A stretch of DNA of 64,000 nt from Candidatus Nanohaloarchaea archaeon (GCA_014297435.1 JACOQA010000002.1:160001-224000), one strand, 5' to 3'; counted from the first letter of the stretch, positions 27,399 through 38,107 are shown. A program made the numbers and translations. Notes: generated from the letters alone by a model not told the origin.

Positions 27399-30346
27399 TA
27401 CTCCTCAATTTCCTGCTGGTTTACCTTCCACATTTTGATGAAGCCGTTCGAACCGCCTTCAACCTTCTCAACCCAGTCAATACCATAACCGTCCATCAGG
27501 TAAAGCCGTCCAAGACTGGATCTTGCAACCTTCTTAGGCACTATAACTAATTTTGCCGGCTGCGTCTGCATGTTAGATCTTTGACTTGTTATCGCGGCAC
27601 GTTCTAAGGTGTAGAACGGATTCTCTGCTATACACATTTCGCTGCCGCTTAGCTGAGCTGGTTTTTCAACGTCCAGCTCCTTAATGCCATCTTCGGTTAC
27701 AACACAACCTACTCTTGACCTGCCTGTTGCTGTCTCGTAAATAGCTCTGGTGTCTTGGCTCTTCAGATCGATCGAATTGTTAGAGGATTTAATCTCAGCA
27801 TAGACCGTTCTTCTTCCATCCGAGAAAGTTGACTGGTTTGAGTTCTGGCTGTTCCCTCTCCAGGTCAGCTGTGTCATGTAGTCGAACTCGGAGTTGTCTC
27901 TGTGCGCGATCTGGGAAACTGCGGAGTACTTGCCTATCATCGTCTCATCAAGCACTATGTAATCTATAGAATGCTTTTTGAACAGTTCCGAATGGTTTGA
28001 AGGATTCGTTGAGGTAAGGAAGTCGGCGATAGGATAGTTAGTCTTACCGAGGATATCGCTGGTGTAGTAGCCGGCGTTTCCTCCGTCCGCAACCGCAGCT
28101 CTTCTACCTACCGATTCGAACCAGTAACCGTAGTCCCACCATGATAGGACTACTGAATCTCCGGGTGTTTCTGACTCCATGTAGTCAAGGTTCTGCATCC
28201 AGAGCTGGTTAGGCGAACCCCCAAGATTATCTGATGCTGCAAAACCGGAACTGAAGTTGACCGCTGCAAATGCAACGATAAATACGCCTGCTAGAATCTT
28301 CTTCAGATTCGACGAATTTAGGATTCCTTTGACTTCATCTTCCAACTCGAGAGCCACGTATAGCAAAGGAGTGTTCAGAAGCAGCATGAATCCTATAAGT
28401 TCCAGGTTTGAGGCTTCATAAGCGGAACTGATCGCAAGAACCACTACGTTCGCCACTAGCAGCAGAACAGATCCGCCTATAATGTTGAATGTCGACCTGT
28501 CTAGTTCTCTGGCTTTTAAGTAGATTCTTGAAACCATGTAGCCTCCGAGGAATGCGCTTGAGAACGCGGAAAGGAATACAAGTCTTGACTTTGCTGCTGC
28601 CCCCAGAATGTTTGTAATAGCCCATACTAATCCTAGGATTTGGTAAGACTTCATCTCTATCTTGTAATCTGAAGCCTCCTTGAAGTAGTAGAGCAATCCT
28701 ATACCGGTCACTGAAAGCAGTAACGGATGGAAAACTGCGCTTGAGAAAGGAAGCTGGAACAGGGCTTGGGAAATGTTCGCCCTGTAAAGATTTCCTATCT
28801 GCAGAGGCAGTATAGCGACTCCGGCTGTGAAAAGTGCAGTTACAAGAGAGTTGATCTGGAACGCCTCATCTTCGTCAAAGAAGTAGACTATGCTCAGGCT
28901 GATTAGGAAGATCAGTGCGCCTGCAGCAATCGTCTCGATTCTGTAGAGCGACTGGATTGCGTTAGCACTTTGCAAGGTATTTGTGTATGCAAAGCCGGCG
29001 ATTATAGCAAACCAGCCCATGATCGAGGCTTGCATGTAGCCTAGGTACTTCTTCCAGCCAATTTCTTCTTCGACAACTCCATAACGTCTCAAAACCATTA
29101 GAGTGATTTTTGAGCCGATTACGGGAATGCCTATGATTGCCAGAGTCCAAGCTCCTGAATAGCCTCCTAGAAGGCTTCCGAGAACTGACATTATCTGTCT
29201 AAGGGCGCCATCTCCTATGACAGGTATGTCGGCTAGTAGTCTTGAGACGCCTACTCCTGCGTTTGATGCGCCAAGAGTTCCGGCCATGTCTCCAATACTT
29301 GAGGCTGTGTTCTCAGCCACCGTGCCCGCGATAACTGCGCCTCCACTCTGAGTTACGCGGCTTATAATCGAACTAAATCTGCTGTAGATAAACTGAGAGT
29401 AAAGCGGGGAGAGAGCTACCATGATTAGACCTACTGCGGATATGGAAGGTACGAAGTAAGCCAGCTTGTCCCTTTCAACTATCTCCAGCTTTTCAACTAG
29501 GTAACGTGTCCAGAGAAGTCCTAGAATCGCTATGTTTCCTAAGAACATCGATCCGGTCAAGCCGAATCTCGAAGGGTTGGCTGCTGCTGCGAAACCTCCT
29601 GCAACCAATACAGTTGGGGTGTATACCGCTACTAATTCTTCTATGTCCTGATCTAGGAATGCGGTTATGCCTACTACTAGGGGCAGGAGAAGCCACAGCA
29701 TCTTTGATCCTCCCCAGGAGATAGTGAATATTCCTAAGGCTAGACCTGCAAAGATTCCGGAAATTCTTTCCTTTCGTTTCCAGCCTCTCGTGAAAAAGTA
29801 CATAGAGATTATCATGAAGAGTGTGCCGACAGGCTCCTTCTCGAAGAAGCCGGCAGAAGTTCTGTGCATGACTCCTCCGACTGTAGCTAGAAGGAAGGCA
29901 GCTGAGATGCCTGTGTACTTGTCGAACATTTCTTTTCCTAGGAAGTATGTTGCTACCGTGCTTAGTGCACCCATGAAGGCAGGGAAGAACTGTGCCCACT
30001 CCATGTAGCTGTTGAAGAACAGCGATCCGCCCATTTTATACATGGCTGCGGGTATAACGATTTCTCCCACGTTATGGTGGTGGAAAGGTGCGTTGTAAGG
30101 GAAGTAGCGCATGAAATCTGTTGTAGGTATATTGCCGTCGAGCGCAAGATGTTGGCTCTGTCTAAAGATCCAGTAGGGGTCTAATGCTTGAAGATACTTC
30201 ATCCCCTGTTCCGGTCTGTATCTCAGGAACAGTGCGGTGAGGAAAACAGTGAAAACGGCTGGTGCCGCCCAGTAAGAAACCGGATTTTGTCTAACATCAT
30301 CATACTTATCCTCTAAGCCTTCCCTGAGGTTTCCGAAGTCCATCAT
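27398..30346 (-). CDS. aglB: Oligosaccharyltransferase AglB (STT3)
   Basis: ALDPYW, GFFEKE, TVAE, SWWDYGYW, DETMIGK. Confidence 0.97.
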   Translation of the reverse strand: MMDFGNLREGLEDKYDDVRQNPVSYWAAPAVFTVFLTALFLRYRPEQGMKYLQALDPYWIFRQSQHLALDGNIPTTDFMRYFPYNAPFHHHNVGEIVIPAAMYKMGGSLFFNSYMEWAQFFPAFMGALSTVATYFLGKEMFDKYTGISAAFLLATVGGVMHRTSAGFFEKEPVGTLFMIISMYFFTRGWKRKERISGIFAGLALGIFTISWGGSKMLWLLLPLVVGITAFLDQDIEELVAVYTPTVLVAGGFAAAANPSRFGLTGSMFLGNIAILGLLWTRYLVEKLEIVERDKLAYFVPSISAVGLIMVALSPLYSQFIYSRFSSIISRVTQSGGAVIAGTVAENTASSIGDMAGTLGASNAGVGVSRLLADIPVIGDGALRQIMSVLGSLLGGYSGAWTLAIIGIPVIGSKITLMVLRRYGVVEEEIGWKKYLGYMQASIMGWFAIIAGFAYTNTLQSANAIQSLYRIETIAAGALIFLISLSIVYFFDEDEAFQINSLVTALFTAGVAILPLQIGNLYRANISQALFQLPFSSAVFHPLLLSVTGIGLLYYFKEASDYKIEMKSYQILGLVWAITNILGAAAKSRLVFLSAFSSAFLGGYMVSRIYLKARELDRSTFNIIGGSVLLLVANVVVLAISSAYEASNLELIGFMLLLNTPLLYVALELEDEVKGILNSSNLKKILAGVFIVAFAAVNFSSGFAASDNLGGSPNQLWMQNLDYMESETPGDSVVLSWWDYGYWFESVGRRAAVADGGNAGYYTSDILGKTNYPIADFLTSTNPSNHSELFKKHSIDYIVLDETMIGKYSAVSQIAHRDNSEFDYMTQLTWRGNSQNSNQSTFSDGRRTVYAEIKSSNNSIDLKSQDTRAIYETATGRSRVGCVVTEDGIKELDVEKPAQLSGSEMCIAENPFYTLERAAITSQRSNMQTQPAKLVIVPKKVARSSLGRLYLMDGYGIDWVEKVEGGSNGFIKMWKVNQQEIEE

Positions 30347-30431
30347 TTGAAAAACTGTTTCGTGCGGGACCTTTTTTATTTCTCTGCTGGGATGTCGGAG
30401 TGTTTAAAAACCTTCCAGAGACAGAGATTTT

Positions 30432-31352
30432 GTGGAGTTCGAAAAATACTTTGACAGCATATATGAAGAGTATGACAAGTATCTGGTTGTGCCGGTAGCA
30501 CTTATAGCCCTCTCCGTCCTGGCGTTAGGCTTCTCATTGGTGACGACAGGAGAGGTTGTCCAGAAAGGTCTAGACTTCACTGGGGGAACTGAGGCAACCT
30601 ACTCAATCAACGAAAGCTTCACAACAGGAGAGATCGAACAAGTATTTTTAGACGCAGGAAGATCAAAAGTACAAGTATTCAAGACAACTTCGGGGGAAAA
30701 CACAGGTTTAAGCGTTAGAGTGCCTCCCCCCAAACTTAAAGGTCAAGAGGCAGCAGAAATACTAAATTCGGCAGGATACAATGTAAGTGTTCAGTCTACT
30801 AGAGAGCTTTCCGCTTCAGTATCGGATGCATTCTTCACGCAAGCGGTATTAGCCTTTGTAATGGCGTTCACAATAATGAGCCTGGTAATATTCTACGCAT
30901 TCAAGGATTTGACGCCTTCAGCCGCCGTAATATTTGCTGCAGCCGGAGACATAATCTTTGCGCTTGCAGGAATGAGTATACTTGGAATACCATTAACTCT
31001 AGGTTCTCTGGCGGCTCTATTGATGCTTATCGGTTATTCAGTCGACACAGATATTGTGCTATCGACCAGAGTGCTTAAACAGGAAAGAAATACTGTGAAG
31101 GACCGTATCTGGGATTCGATGAAGACTGGTGTTACAATGAGCTCAGGTGGGATCGCAGGTTTCACACTACTATATATAGTATCTCAAATGATCGTAGGTC
31201 CTTCAGAGCTCTCAAATATAGCAGCGGTCATGGTGATCGGTCTACTAGCCGACATGCCTTTCACATGGTTCGGAAACGCAATAATACTCAAGAAGTATGT
31301 TGATGGAGAAATCCCATCAATCAATATCGAGAAGGTGATTCCATGGAGATGA
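30432..31352 (+). CDS. secF: Protein translocase subunit SecF
   Basis: GLDFTGGT, IGYSVDTDI. Confidence 0.93.
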   Translation: MEFEKYFDSIYEEYDKYLVVPVALIALSVLALGFSLVTTGEVVQKGLDFTGGTEATYSINESFTTGEIEQVFLDAGRSKVQVFKTTSGENTGLSVRVPPPKLKGQEAAEILNSAGYNVSVQSTRELSASVSDAFFTQAVLAFVMAFTIMSLVIFYAFKDLTPSAAVIFAAAGDIIFALAGMSILGIPLTLGSLAALLMLIGYSVDTDIVLSTRVLKQERNTVKDRIWDSMKTGVTMSSGGIAGFTLLYIVSQMIVGPSELSNIAAVMVIGLLADMPFTWFGNAIILKKYVDGEIPSINIEKVIPWR

Positions 31353-32947
31353 AAGACTTGCTGAAGGAGTGGAGAATCTGGATACTAATCCTTTCACTTG
31401 GTTTTTCGCTCTTCATGCTTGGACCTCACTACGAGACAAACGAGCAAGGAGACACAACTATCTCCACTGACATCAATAAGGGACTTGACCTATCGGGAGG
31501 AACTCGAGCGCTTCTATCAGTCCAAGGAAACAACACATCTGAGGCTATTGTAACACAGATTAAGAACATACTTGAACGAAGAGTCTCGGCATTTGGACTT
31601 ACACAGACCTCCGTTAGAACTGTAGAGCTTGGTGGAGAGACGAAGATCCAGATGGAGATTGCATCAACCAACCAGTCTAACCTTAGAGAACTCATATCTC
31701 AGGAAGGACGGTTCGAGTCCAGACTTCCTCTAACGGTTTCCGACAGCCAAGAGTTCACGCTTGACCAGCCATACACTTTCAACTATGAAAACAACACGGT
31801 TTCTGTTCTAAACAATAGTTATAATGAGGGCGACAGCTTCTCGATAGATGGCACTAGATTTTTCTATGTAAACAATACTGAAGAAGGCGCAAACCTTCAC
31901 GTTGTCGCATACGATGGAGAGGACGTTAAGCAGGTCATTACTTCTGATTCAAGAGTAACTTCATCAAGAAGCGGAGGCTACAGCTTCAGATTCCCGGTAG
32001 TACTTAGCTCCGAAGCGGCAGATAACGTTCAAAGGGTCGCTCAGAACTATCCTACCACCACGGTTAGAGGACAAGCATACCTAGGAAAAATTAATGGTCA
32101 AGGTGCTGCGAAACTGATGCTCTACGTAGACGGAGAAAGACAGAGCGCATTAAACGTCGGAACGGAGTTCAAAAGACAGGTTATAACACAGCCATCTATC
32201 AACGGAGGCGCCGAAACAGCAGCACAGGCAAGAAGCGACATGAAGGAGTTGCAGGCTATTCTGCAGTCTGGAAGGCTGCCAGCACCTGTACAGATCGACT
32301 CACTTTCCACAATTTCATCCTCACTGGGATCACAGTTCATGACGGCCGCAGTTCTCTCGATCGTAGCATCCCTCATCGCTGTTGGAGGACTTATCTACGT
32401 AAGATACCGGAACATGAAACTGGCAATACCTATCGTGATCACAGGATCCTCAGAAGTCTTTATTCTGCTAGGATCTCTGTTCTCCACATTGATCACACTT
32501 GACTTAGCATCGATTGCAGGAATTATTGCGGCTGTAGGTACAGGTGTAGACGACCAGATAATTATTACTGACGAATCAGGCAGGGAGAAGATAAGAGACT
32601 GGAGCAAGCGACTGAAGAGAGCATTCTTCGTAATCTTCACTTCTGCAGCATCTACAATAGGTGCTATGATGCCGATTGTATCACCTTCGCTTTCAAACAT
32701 CGCGATTGGAGCAGCAGGAATCGGTCTCCTCGGATACAATTTCTATAGCAACAGGATGAGACCTCACTACTTCGGGATCGGACTATTCGCAGTAATGGTG
32801 TCATTTGTAGCCAACTGGGTCGGTCTATCTGGTTTTGCACTACAGTCAGTCAGAGGCTTTGCAATAACAACAATCCTCGGAGTCCTTGTAGGTATCACGA
32901 TCACAAGACCGGCTTACGCCAAGATGCTTGAAGCAATCGAGGACTAA
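31343..32947 (+). CDS. secD: Protein translocase subunit SecD
   Basis: GLDLSGG, LQSGRLP, GTGVDDQIIITDE, GFAITT. Confidence 0.93.
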   Translation: MEMKDLLKEWRIWILILSLGFSLFMLGPHYETNEQGDTTISTDINKGLDLSGGTRALLSVQGNNTSEAIVTQIKNILERRVSAFGLTQTSVRTVELGGETKIQMEIASTNQSNLRELISQEGRFESRLPLTVSDSQEFTLDQPYTFNYENNTVSVLNNSYNEGDSFSIDGTRFFYVNNTEEGANLHVVAYDGEDVKQVITSDSRVTSSRSGGYSFRFPVVLSSEAADNVQRVAQNYPTTTVRGQAYLGKINGQGAAKLMLYVDGERQSALNVGTEFKRQVITQPSINGGAETAAQARSDMKELQAILQSGRLPAPVQIDSLSTISSSLGSQFMTAAVLSIVASLIAVGGLIYVRYRNMKLAIPIVITGSSEVFILLGSLFSTLITLDLASIAGIIAAVGTGVDDQIIITDESGREKIRDWSKRLKRAFFVIFTSAASTIGAMMPIVSPSLSNIAIGAAGIGLLGYNFYSNRMRPHYFGIGLFAVMVSFVANWVGLSGFALQSVRGFAITTILGVLVGITITRPAYAKMLEAIED

Positions 32948-32982
32948 AAGAAGTTATCAACAATAACCCAAAATTCTTCGTT

Positions 32983-33729
32983 ATGAAGGTCCTGGTTACA
33001 GGCGGAAGCAACGGTATCGGAAAAGCAACTTCTCAACGGTTAATCGAAAAAGACCACGAAGTCACAGTATTTGATAAAGAAGAGCCTGACTACGAAGTCG
33101 ACTTCTATCAAGGAGATGTAAGGGATGAGAACAGAGTAAAAGAAGTGGTTGAAAGTGTAGAGTTCGAGGTTCTTGTGAATTGTGCAGGTTTCTACGAACT
33201 TGGAAGTATTGAAGACATGGAGCGCGAGACTATCGATAAAATTTTCAATACGAACGTCCACGGATACCTCAACTTTATCCGACATTCGATGCCGATGCTG
33301 AGACAGAAAAATGGTAGGATCGTAAATATTTCCTCGGTAGCTGGAAGGGTTTCGATGCCTTTCTACGGAGCGTACTGCGGATCCAAACACGCAGTAGAGT
33401 CTATAAGCCACTCGCTTAGAAGAGAGTCTGAGGTGGAGGTAGTTCTGGTTGAACCGGGTGTGATCAAGACAGGTTTCAACGAAAGAGCACGAAAAGCACT
33501 TGAGAAATACCTGCCGGACTCGCATTATGCAAATGAGTACGAAGAAATTCTGGACAATGAAGTTCTGGAGAGTATTGGTGCTGAAAAAGTCGGGGAGAAG
33601 GTAGCTAGAGCAGTAACTACGGGAAGACCTAAAAGAAGATATCAGGTGCCTCTCAGAGCAAAGTTTATTACTTGGATCAGCTTTTTGCCTCAGAGAGTTA
33701 AGGATCGAATATTTGAAAAAGTAGGATAG
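32983..33729 (+). CDS. Short-chain dehydrogenase/reductase
   Basis: TGGSNGIG, NCAG, YCGSK. Confidence 0.93.
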   Translation: MKVLVTGGSNGIGKATSQRLIEKDHEVTVFDKEEPDYEVDFYQGDVRDENRVKEVVESVEFEVLVNCAGFYELGSIEDMERETIDKIFNTNVHGYLNFIRHSMPMLRQKNGRIVNISSVAGRVSMPFYGAYCGSKHAVESISHSLRRESEVEVVLVEPGVIKTGFNERARKALEKYLPDSHYANEYEEILDNEVLESIGAEKVGEKVARAVTTGRPKRRYQVPLRAKFITWISFLPQRVKDRIFEKVG

Positions 33730-33730
33730 T

Positions 33731-34048
33731 TTACTGGAGCTCCATTACGGCTCCGGCAACGTCCTCACTGTTCTCAAGCGCTTCGACAGCATCTTCTTCG
33801 CTGCAACCGGTTTTATCCATCACAAGCTCTACGTCTTCAGGATCCGGTCCTGTCTGAACAGCTTCCTCAGAGTAATCTCCTTGGAGCTGGAACATTTCCT
33901 GACCCTTGGCATCGATCTTCGAGATCTGAGGGTTGTTGAATACTAGTTTCTTGTCGCCGATTTTAACCTCTACTTTATCGGCATCGAGCTCTTCCATATC
34001 GATCCCCATCTGCTTCATCATCGCGCTCATGTCGTTTCCGCCAAACAT
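33731..34048 (-). CDS. nac: Archaeal nascent polypeptide-associated complex protein
   Basis: MMKQMGIDMEEL, FQLQG, C-terminal UBA-like DVELVM...AVEAL...DVAGAVMEL. Confidence 0.92.
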   Translation of the reverse strand: MFGGNDMSAMMKQMGIDMEELDADKVEVKIGDKKLVFNNPQISKIDAKGQEMFQLQGDYSEEAVQTGPDPEDVELVMDKTGCSEEDAVEALENSEDVAGAVMELQ

Positions 34049-34152
34049 ATTTTGTGAATCTGAGCTGCAGCTTTAAATCCGTGGTGAAAACTCTGGTGCA
34101 ACCGTTAAACTGTAAGCCTGTTTTTCTCCCTGTTTGAGAAACCTGAATTTTC

Positions 34153-35337
34153 ATGTGGATCGAGCTAGGTTTGGCGGTTCTAGGGGTTTTTGCAGGAGTT
34201 TTCACAGGTTTAACGCCAGGAATCCATCCTAATACTGTGATTTTTACATCACTACCGTTTTATCTCGGTTCGAGTATCGAGTTCATGTACTACCTTAGTT
34301 TTATCGCAGGACTTTCTGTGTCACACACTTTCCATGATTTCCTGCCCTCAATTTTTCTTGGAGTGCCTGAGGCAGAAACTGCTTTGGCATCGGTTGCAGG
34401 AGCCGACATGGCAAACGAGGGAAAAGGCATAGAAGCTTTTCACTATACTGTTCTCGGCGGATCTATATCAGTTATCGTCATGATAATGTTATCTCCTCTC
34501 TTGATCTTATTCCTTCCATATTTTTACAAGTTGGTTAATCCTGTGATGTTCTATGTGCTGGTGTTTTTTCAGCTGGTTCTGGTATTTAACTCGGAAGGTA
34601 TTTTGAAGGCAGGAATTACTGCGATTTTGTCGGGAATCCTGGGCTTGATTGCTTTTTCTATGCCGGTCAACAGTCAGAATGTTTTGATGCCGGTCTTTGC
34701 CGGTCTCTTCGCAGTACCTACATTTCTCTCATCTTTCAAACCGGTGCTTGAGGAACAGGAAACTCCTAATATGGAAGGAGGATTCTTGAAGGGAAGTTTC
34801 TTTGGCACTTTGGCTGGTCTGATAACAGGAATAGTGCCGGGAGTAACCGGCGTGGTGTCGACCTCTTTCTTCACACCGTTTATGGAGAAGCGTACTGAAA
34901 GTTTTCTGGCTGCTATGGGTGCGGTAAATACCTCGGATATTCTTATCTCTTTTCTCGGACTCTACTTGATTGAGAAAGCGCGTTCAGGTGCAGCTGTCGC
35001 TATGAGTTCGGCTGCGAAATTTAACGATCTCCAGCTTTTCTTCCTAATCGGCGTCTCACTTACAGCTATAGGCTTGTCGATTCCCGTGGCTTTGAAGACC
35101 CCTCCTTACTTTCTGAAACTTCTAGAGTGGGCTAATCTAAGAATCGTTTTGATAGTGGTTTTAGGCTTGCTTCTAAGCTCAACTTTTTTCCTGACGGGTT
35201 TTCTTGGCTTGCTGATTCTGTTGGTTTCGAGCTGTATTGGTTATTCTGCGGCTTTAAGTTCGCAGCGGAAAGTTTTGGTCTCGGTGCTTCTGGTTCCTTC
35301 GATCACATATTTTGCGGCGAACGGGTTTTTTATTTAA
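34153..35337 (+). CDS. TctA-like (DUF112) membrane protein
   Basis: GLTPGIHPN, SHTFHDFLPSIFLGVP, KARSG. Confidence 0.85.
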   Translation: MWIELGLAVLGVFAGVFTGLTPGIHPNTVIFTSLPFYLGSSIEFMYYLSFIAGLSVSHTFHDFLPSIFLGVPEAETALASVAGADMANEGKGIEAFHYTVLGGSISVIVMIMLSPLLILFLPYFYKLVNPVMFYVLVFFQLVLVFNSEGILKAGITAILSGILGLIAFSMPVNSQNVLMPVFAGLFAVPTFLSSFKPVLEEQETPNMEGGFLKGSFFGTLAGLITGIVPGVTGVVSTSFFTPFMEKRTESFLAAMGAVNTSDILISFLGLYLIEKARSGAAVAMSSAAKFNDLQLFFLIGVSLTAIGLSIPVALKTPPYFLKLLEWANLRIVLIVVLGLLLSSTFFLTGFLGLLILLVSSCIGYSAALSSQRKVLVSVLLVPSITYFAANGFFI

Positions 35338-35360
35338 CTCTCGGGACTTTAAAGCTCACC

Positions 35361-36362
35361 ATGAACGAGCAAAAAGGCTTCCTAATAGTTCTAACCGGTC
35401 TACTAGCAGCAATTTCATTTCTGATGCTCCAACCGTTCATGGGATACTTTCTGGGAGCTGCCCTACTCGCCTTCATACTTCACCCGGTTCAGGTAAGATG
35501 GAGAAAATACCTGGGTTCAACAATTTCATCACTCCTTATAGTCTTTCTCGCTATATTCGTCATCGTTGCACCTTTCCTCTTCACTGCCACCGCCGTTATA
35601 GATGATGCACAGGATCTAGCGGGAGATGTTAGGCAGTCGGATCTTATTAACTCGACGCAGATTGAAAACAAGATTCACGAGCTTACAGGTCAACGACTCG
35701 ATGTTGAAAAAAACGTGGAGAGGGCTGTAGACCGTTTCACCAATCTGACTTTAGGTAACTTCTCTCAGCTCTTGAGTTTAATTGCGAACGCCTCAATCGG
35801 ATTGACGGTTATGTTATTCCTCCTCTACTACATGCTTAAGGATGGAGAGATGCTTGTTAAATGGCTTAACAGTCTTATACCGCTTCCAGAGGAAATAACT
35901 AGAAATCTTCATAGTAAAATGAGTAAAACCACTTGGGCGGTCATAAAAGGTCATGTCCTGGTTGCGATAATACAAGGTTTGGTTGCAGGTTTAGGTTTGA
36001 TGGCTACAGGTGTTCCAAACAGTGTTTTCTGGACTTTCGTTATGATACTGCTGGGGTTCATCCCGATAATAGGAACTATCTTGGTTTGGCTGCCTGCATC
36101 AGTCTATCTCTTCCTCGTGGATAAACCTTTGATGGGAGTCCTACTAGCTCTTTACGGATTTGTGATAGTAGGTCTTACAGATAACATAATTAGACCTCTC
36201 GCGGTTGAGAGAGGAGCTGATCTGCATCCTGCGGTAATCATAATAGGTGTATTGGGGGGTGTATACATCTTTGGAGCTGTAGGTTTGTTTATAGGTCCTA
36301 TAATACTTGGAATCTTCAAGTCTGTTCTCGTTGTGTTCGAGAAACACTATAAGTCATTATAA
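35361..36362 (+). CDS. AI-2E family transporter
   Basis: FIPIIGT, DNIIRP, LHP...GVLGG...GLFIGP. Confidence 0.92.
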   Translation: MNEQKGFLIVLTGLLAAISFLMLQPFMGYFLGAALLAFILHPVQVRWRKYLGSTISSLLIVFLAIFVIVAPFLFTATAVIDDAQDLAGDVRQSDLINSTQIENKIHELTGQRLDVEKNVERAVDRFTNLTLGNFSQLLSLIANASIGLTVMLFLLYYMLKDGEMLVKWLNSLIPLPEEITRNLHSKMSKTTWAVIKGHVLVAIIQGLVAGLGLMATGVPNSVFWTFVMILLGFIPIIGTILVWLPASVYLFLVDKPLMGVLLALYGFVIVGLTDNIIRPLAVERGADLHPAVIIIGVLGGVYIFGAVGLFIGPIILGIFKSVLVVFEKHYKSL

Positions 36363-36386
36363 GGAATTGCGGACAAAGATTGTCCT

Positions 36387-37247
36387 ATGGCTGATATAGG
36401 TACTTCGGTTACGTTAGCGTCAGTCATAGTCGGCATGCTTGCCATACCTGCCGCATCACAAAGCCTAGGCGAAGGACAAGATCTAATATCCTCGCCGCCC
36501 AATATCTCAGCAAACTCAGAAACCCCAAGACAGGTATCTGTAAACAGGACAACCGATGGAATAACCAAAAGTATACAGACAGCTATACAGAGCTTCAAAG
36601 CAAAAGTAGGTTCTGAAGGAGCCTCAGCAAAGCTTCAAGGTCCATCAACATCACTAGAGGTAAATAGAGAGCCCGGAAAAACAGTATGGAAACTGAAAAG
36701 CAGCGAGGGAACGCTCGAACTAGTCAAAAGTTCTACCAAGACTCAGAAAACGGTTGAAACTTCAGAAGGAACATTAAAGATCACGAAAGCAGATGGAAAA
36801 ACTTCCAGAAGCTTCGAAGGAACAAGCAGAAAACAGCTCAAGAAATCGATGGAAACCCTTGAAACCAAGATGGAACAAAAACTCGAGGAAGCGCGTGGAA
36901 AGATCAACGCCACAACAACACATCAGGAAAACGGTCAGACAATAGTTCAGACGGGACTAGAGATATCGGTCAGCCCCGAAACGCCAGAGTATATCACTAT
37001 CAAAAACTCGGGCGAATTCAGAAATCTTGAGGGCTGGAAGCTTCAGAACAACAATCCGGACACGCACGAATTTGGAAATCTGGAGCTGAACGCTTCTGAG
37101 TCTATCAGGGTTTACACGGCTGAAGATGAGGACATAAACTACACAGGCAGAGCAGTATATGACACAGGACTCTCCTGGGAAGACGGTGGAGACACTGTCA
37201 CGCTCAGAAAACCCGACGAAACAAAGGCTGCGGAAAAAACTTACTGA
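36387..37247 (+). CDS. Membrane-anchored/secreted protein with C-terminal lamin-tail domain
   Basis: N-terminal hydrophobic helix; EYITIKN...LEGWKL...W.DGGDTVTL. Confidence 0.78.
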   Translation: MADIGTSVTLASVIVGMLAIPAASQSLGEGQDLISSPPNISANSETPRQVSVNRTTDGITKSIQTAIQSFKAKVGSEGASAKLQGPSTSLEVNREPGKTVWKLKSSEGTLELVKSSTKTQKTVETSEGTLKITKADGKTSRSFEGTSRKQLKKSMETLETKMEQKLEEARGKINATTTHQENGQTIVQTGLEISVSPETPEYITIKNSGEFRNLEGWKLQNNNPDTHEFGNLELNASESIRVYTAEDEDINYTGRAVYDTGLSWEDGGDTVTLRKPDETKAAEKTY

Positions 37248-37492
37248 CGCTTACGCAGCGTAAACCTTTCCTCTTTTCCTATTTTCTTCACGACATCATC
37301 TTCAACTTCGACATAGAAACTGTTGATCTTTGGTAACCCTGAGTTCTTTAGACCGAGGACTGCGCTTAAAACGACGTACCCGTAGCCCATGAGCATAAAC
37401 GAGGTGTTGTTGAAGCCGATCAACTTTACAGTCAAGACTGCTAAGCCCGAAAAACCTGTTCCCAAAAGCAAGGAGAATTTAAGATCGTCCAT
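37241..37492 (-). CDS. Small membrane protein (2 TM)
   Basis: Two hydrophobic segments; fills the intergenic gap. Confidence 0.6.
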   Translation of the reverse strand: MDDLKFSLLLGTGFSGLAVLTVKLIGFNNTSFMLMGYGYVVLSAVLGLKNSGLPKINSFYVEVEDDVVKKIGKEERFTLRKRQ

Positions 37493-37544
37493 GAAAACCT
37501 TGGAATCGAACTAGACTAAAAGAATTCCTTCAAAATCATATAAC

Positions 37545-37919
37545 GTGAAAGGTGTATACGTGGTTTTTGCGTTCCTAGAGCGCGACAAGGATATAGAGAT
37601 CGGCGCATTAGGAACCATAGAGTTCGAAAAAGGAGTTTACGCATACGTAGGATCCGGACAGAACTCGCTTGAAAAACGCCTCAAACGACACTTCGCCCCT
37701 ACAGAGGACAAACACTGGCATATCGATTACTTCACCTCAGAAGCCCGGGTATTCGACTTTTTCGCCGTACCGGAAGGTCCAAACTACGAATGCACATTAG
37801 CTCAACATTTGTCAAACCGGTCTAAACCGGTAGAAAGATTCGGCTCATCAGATTGTAGTTGTGCGTCTCATCTGTTCAAACTGCCGGAAAGCTTTTCACA
37901 GTCAAAAACTAGGTTTTGA
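37545..37919 (+). CDS. DUF123 / GIY-YIG (Uri superfamily) protein
   Basis: KGVY, YAYVGS, RLKRH, HWHIDY, FGSSDCSCASHL. Confidence 0.9.
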   Translation: MKGVYVVFAFLERDKDIEIGALGTIEFEKGVYAYVGSGQNSLEKRLKRHFAPTEDKHWHIDYFTSEARVFDFFAVPEGPNYECTLAQHLSNRSKPVERFGSSDCSCASHLFKLPESFSQSKTRF

Positions 37920-37921
37920 AC

Positions 37922-38107
37922 ATGTTCTTCCAGTGTCCTGACTGCGGCTACAAACAAAGATCAAAGGCAAAGAAAAGGGTTCAGTGCCACCGCTGCGGAA
38001 GAAGCTACAAGAAAAGCGACGCAAAAAAGTTCGAAAACAAAACGCAAGGCGTCGACCAGGAAGAAGCCGACAAAGCCAACTTCCACAAGTACTCAAGAAA
38101 AGACTAG
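37922..38107 (+). CDS. Small CPxCG zinc-ribbon protein
   Basis: CPDCG...CHRCG. Confidence 0.75.
   Translation: MFFQCPDCGYKQRSKAKKRVQCHRCGRSYKKSDAKKFENKTQGVDQEEADKANFHKYSRKD

Noticed and set aside
30432-32947. secF preceding secD as a novelty
   Set aside because: The secFD order is normal in halophilic and other euryarchaea.
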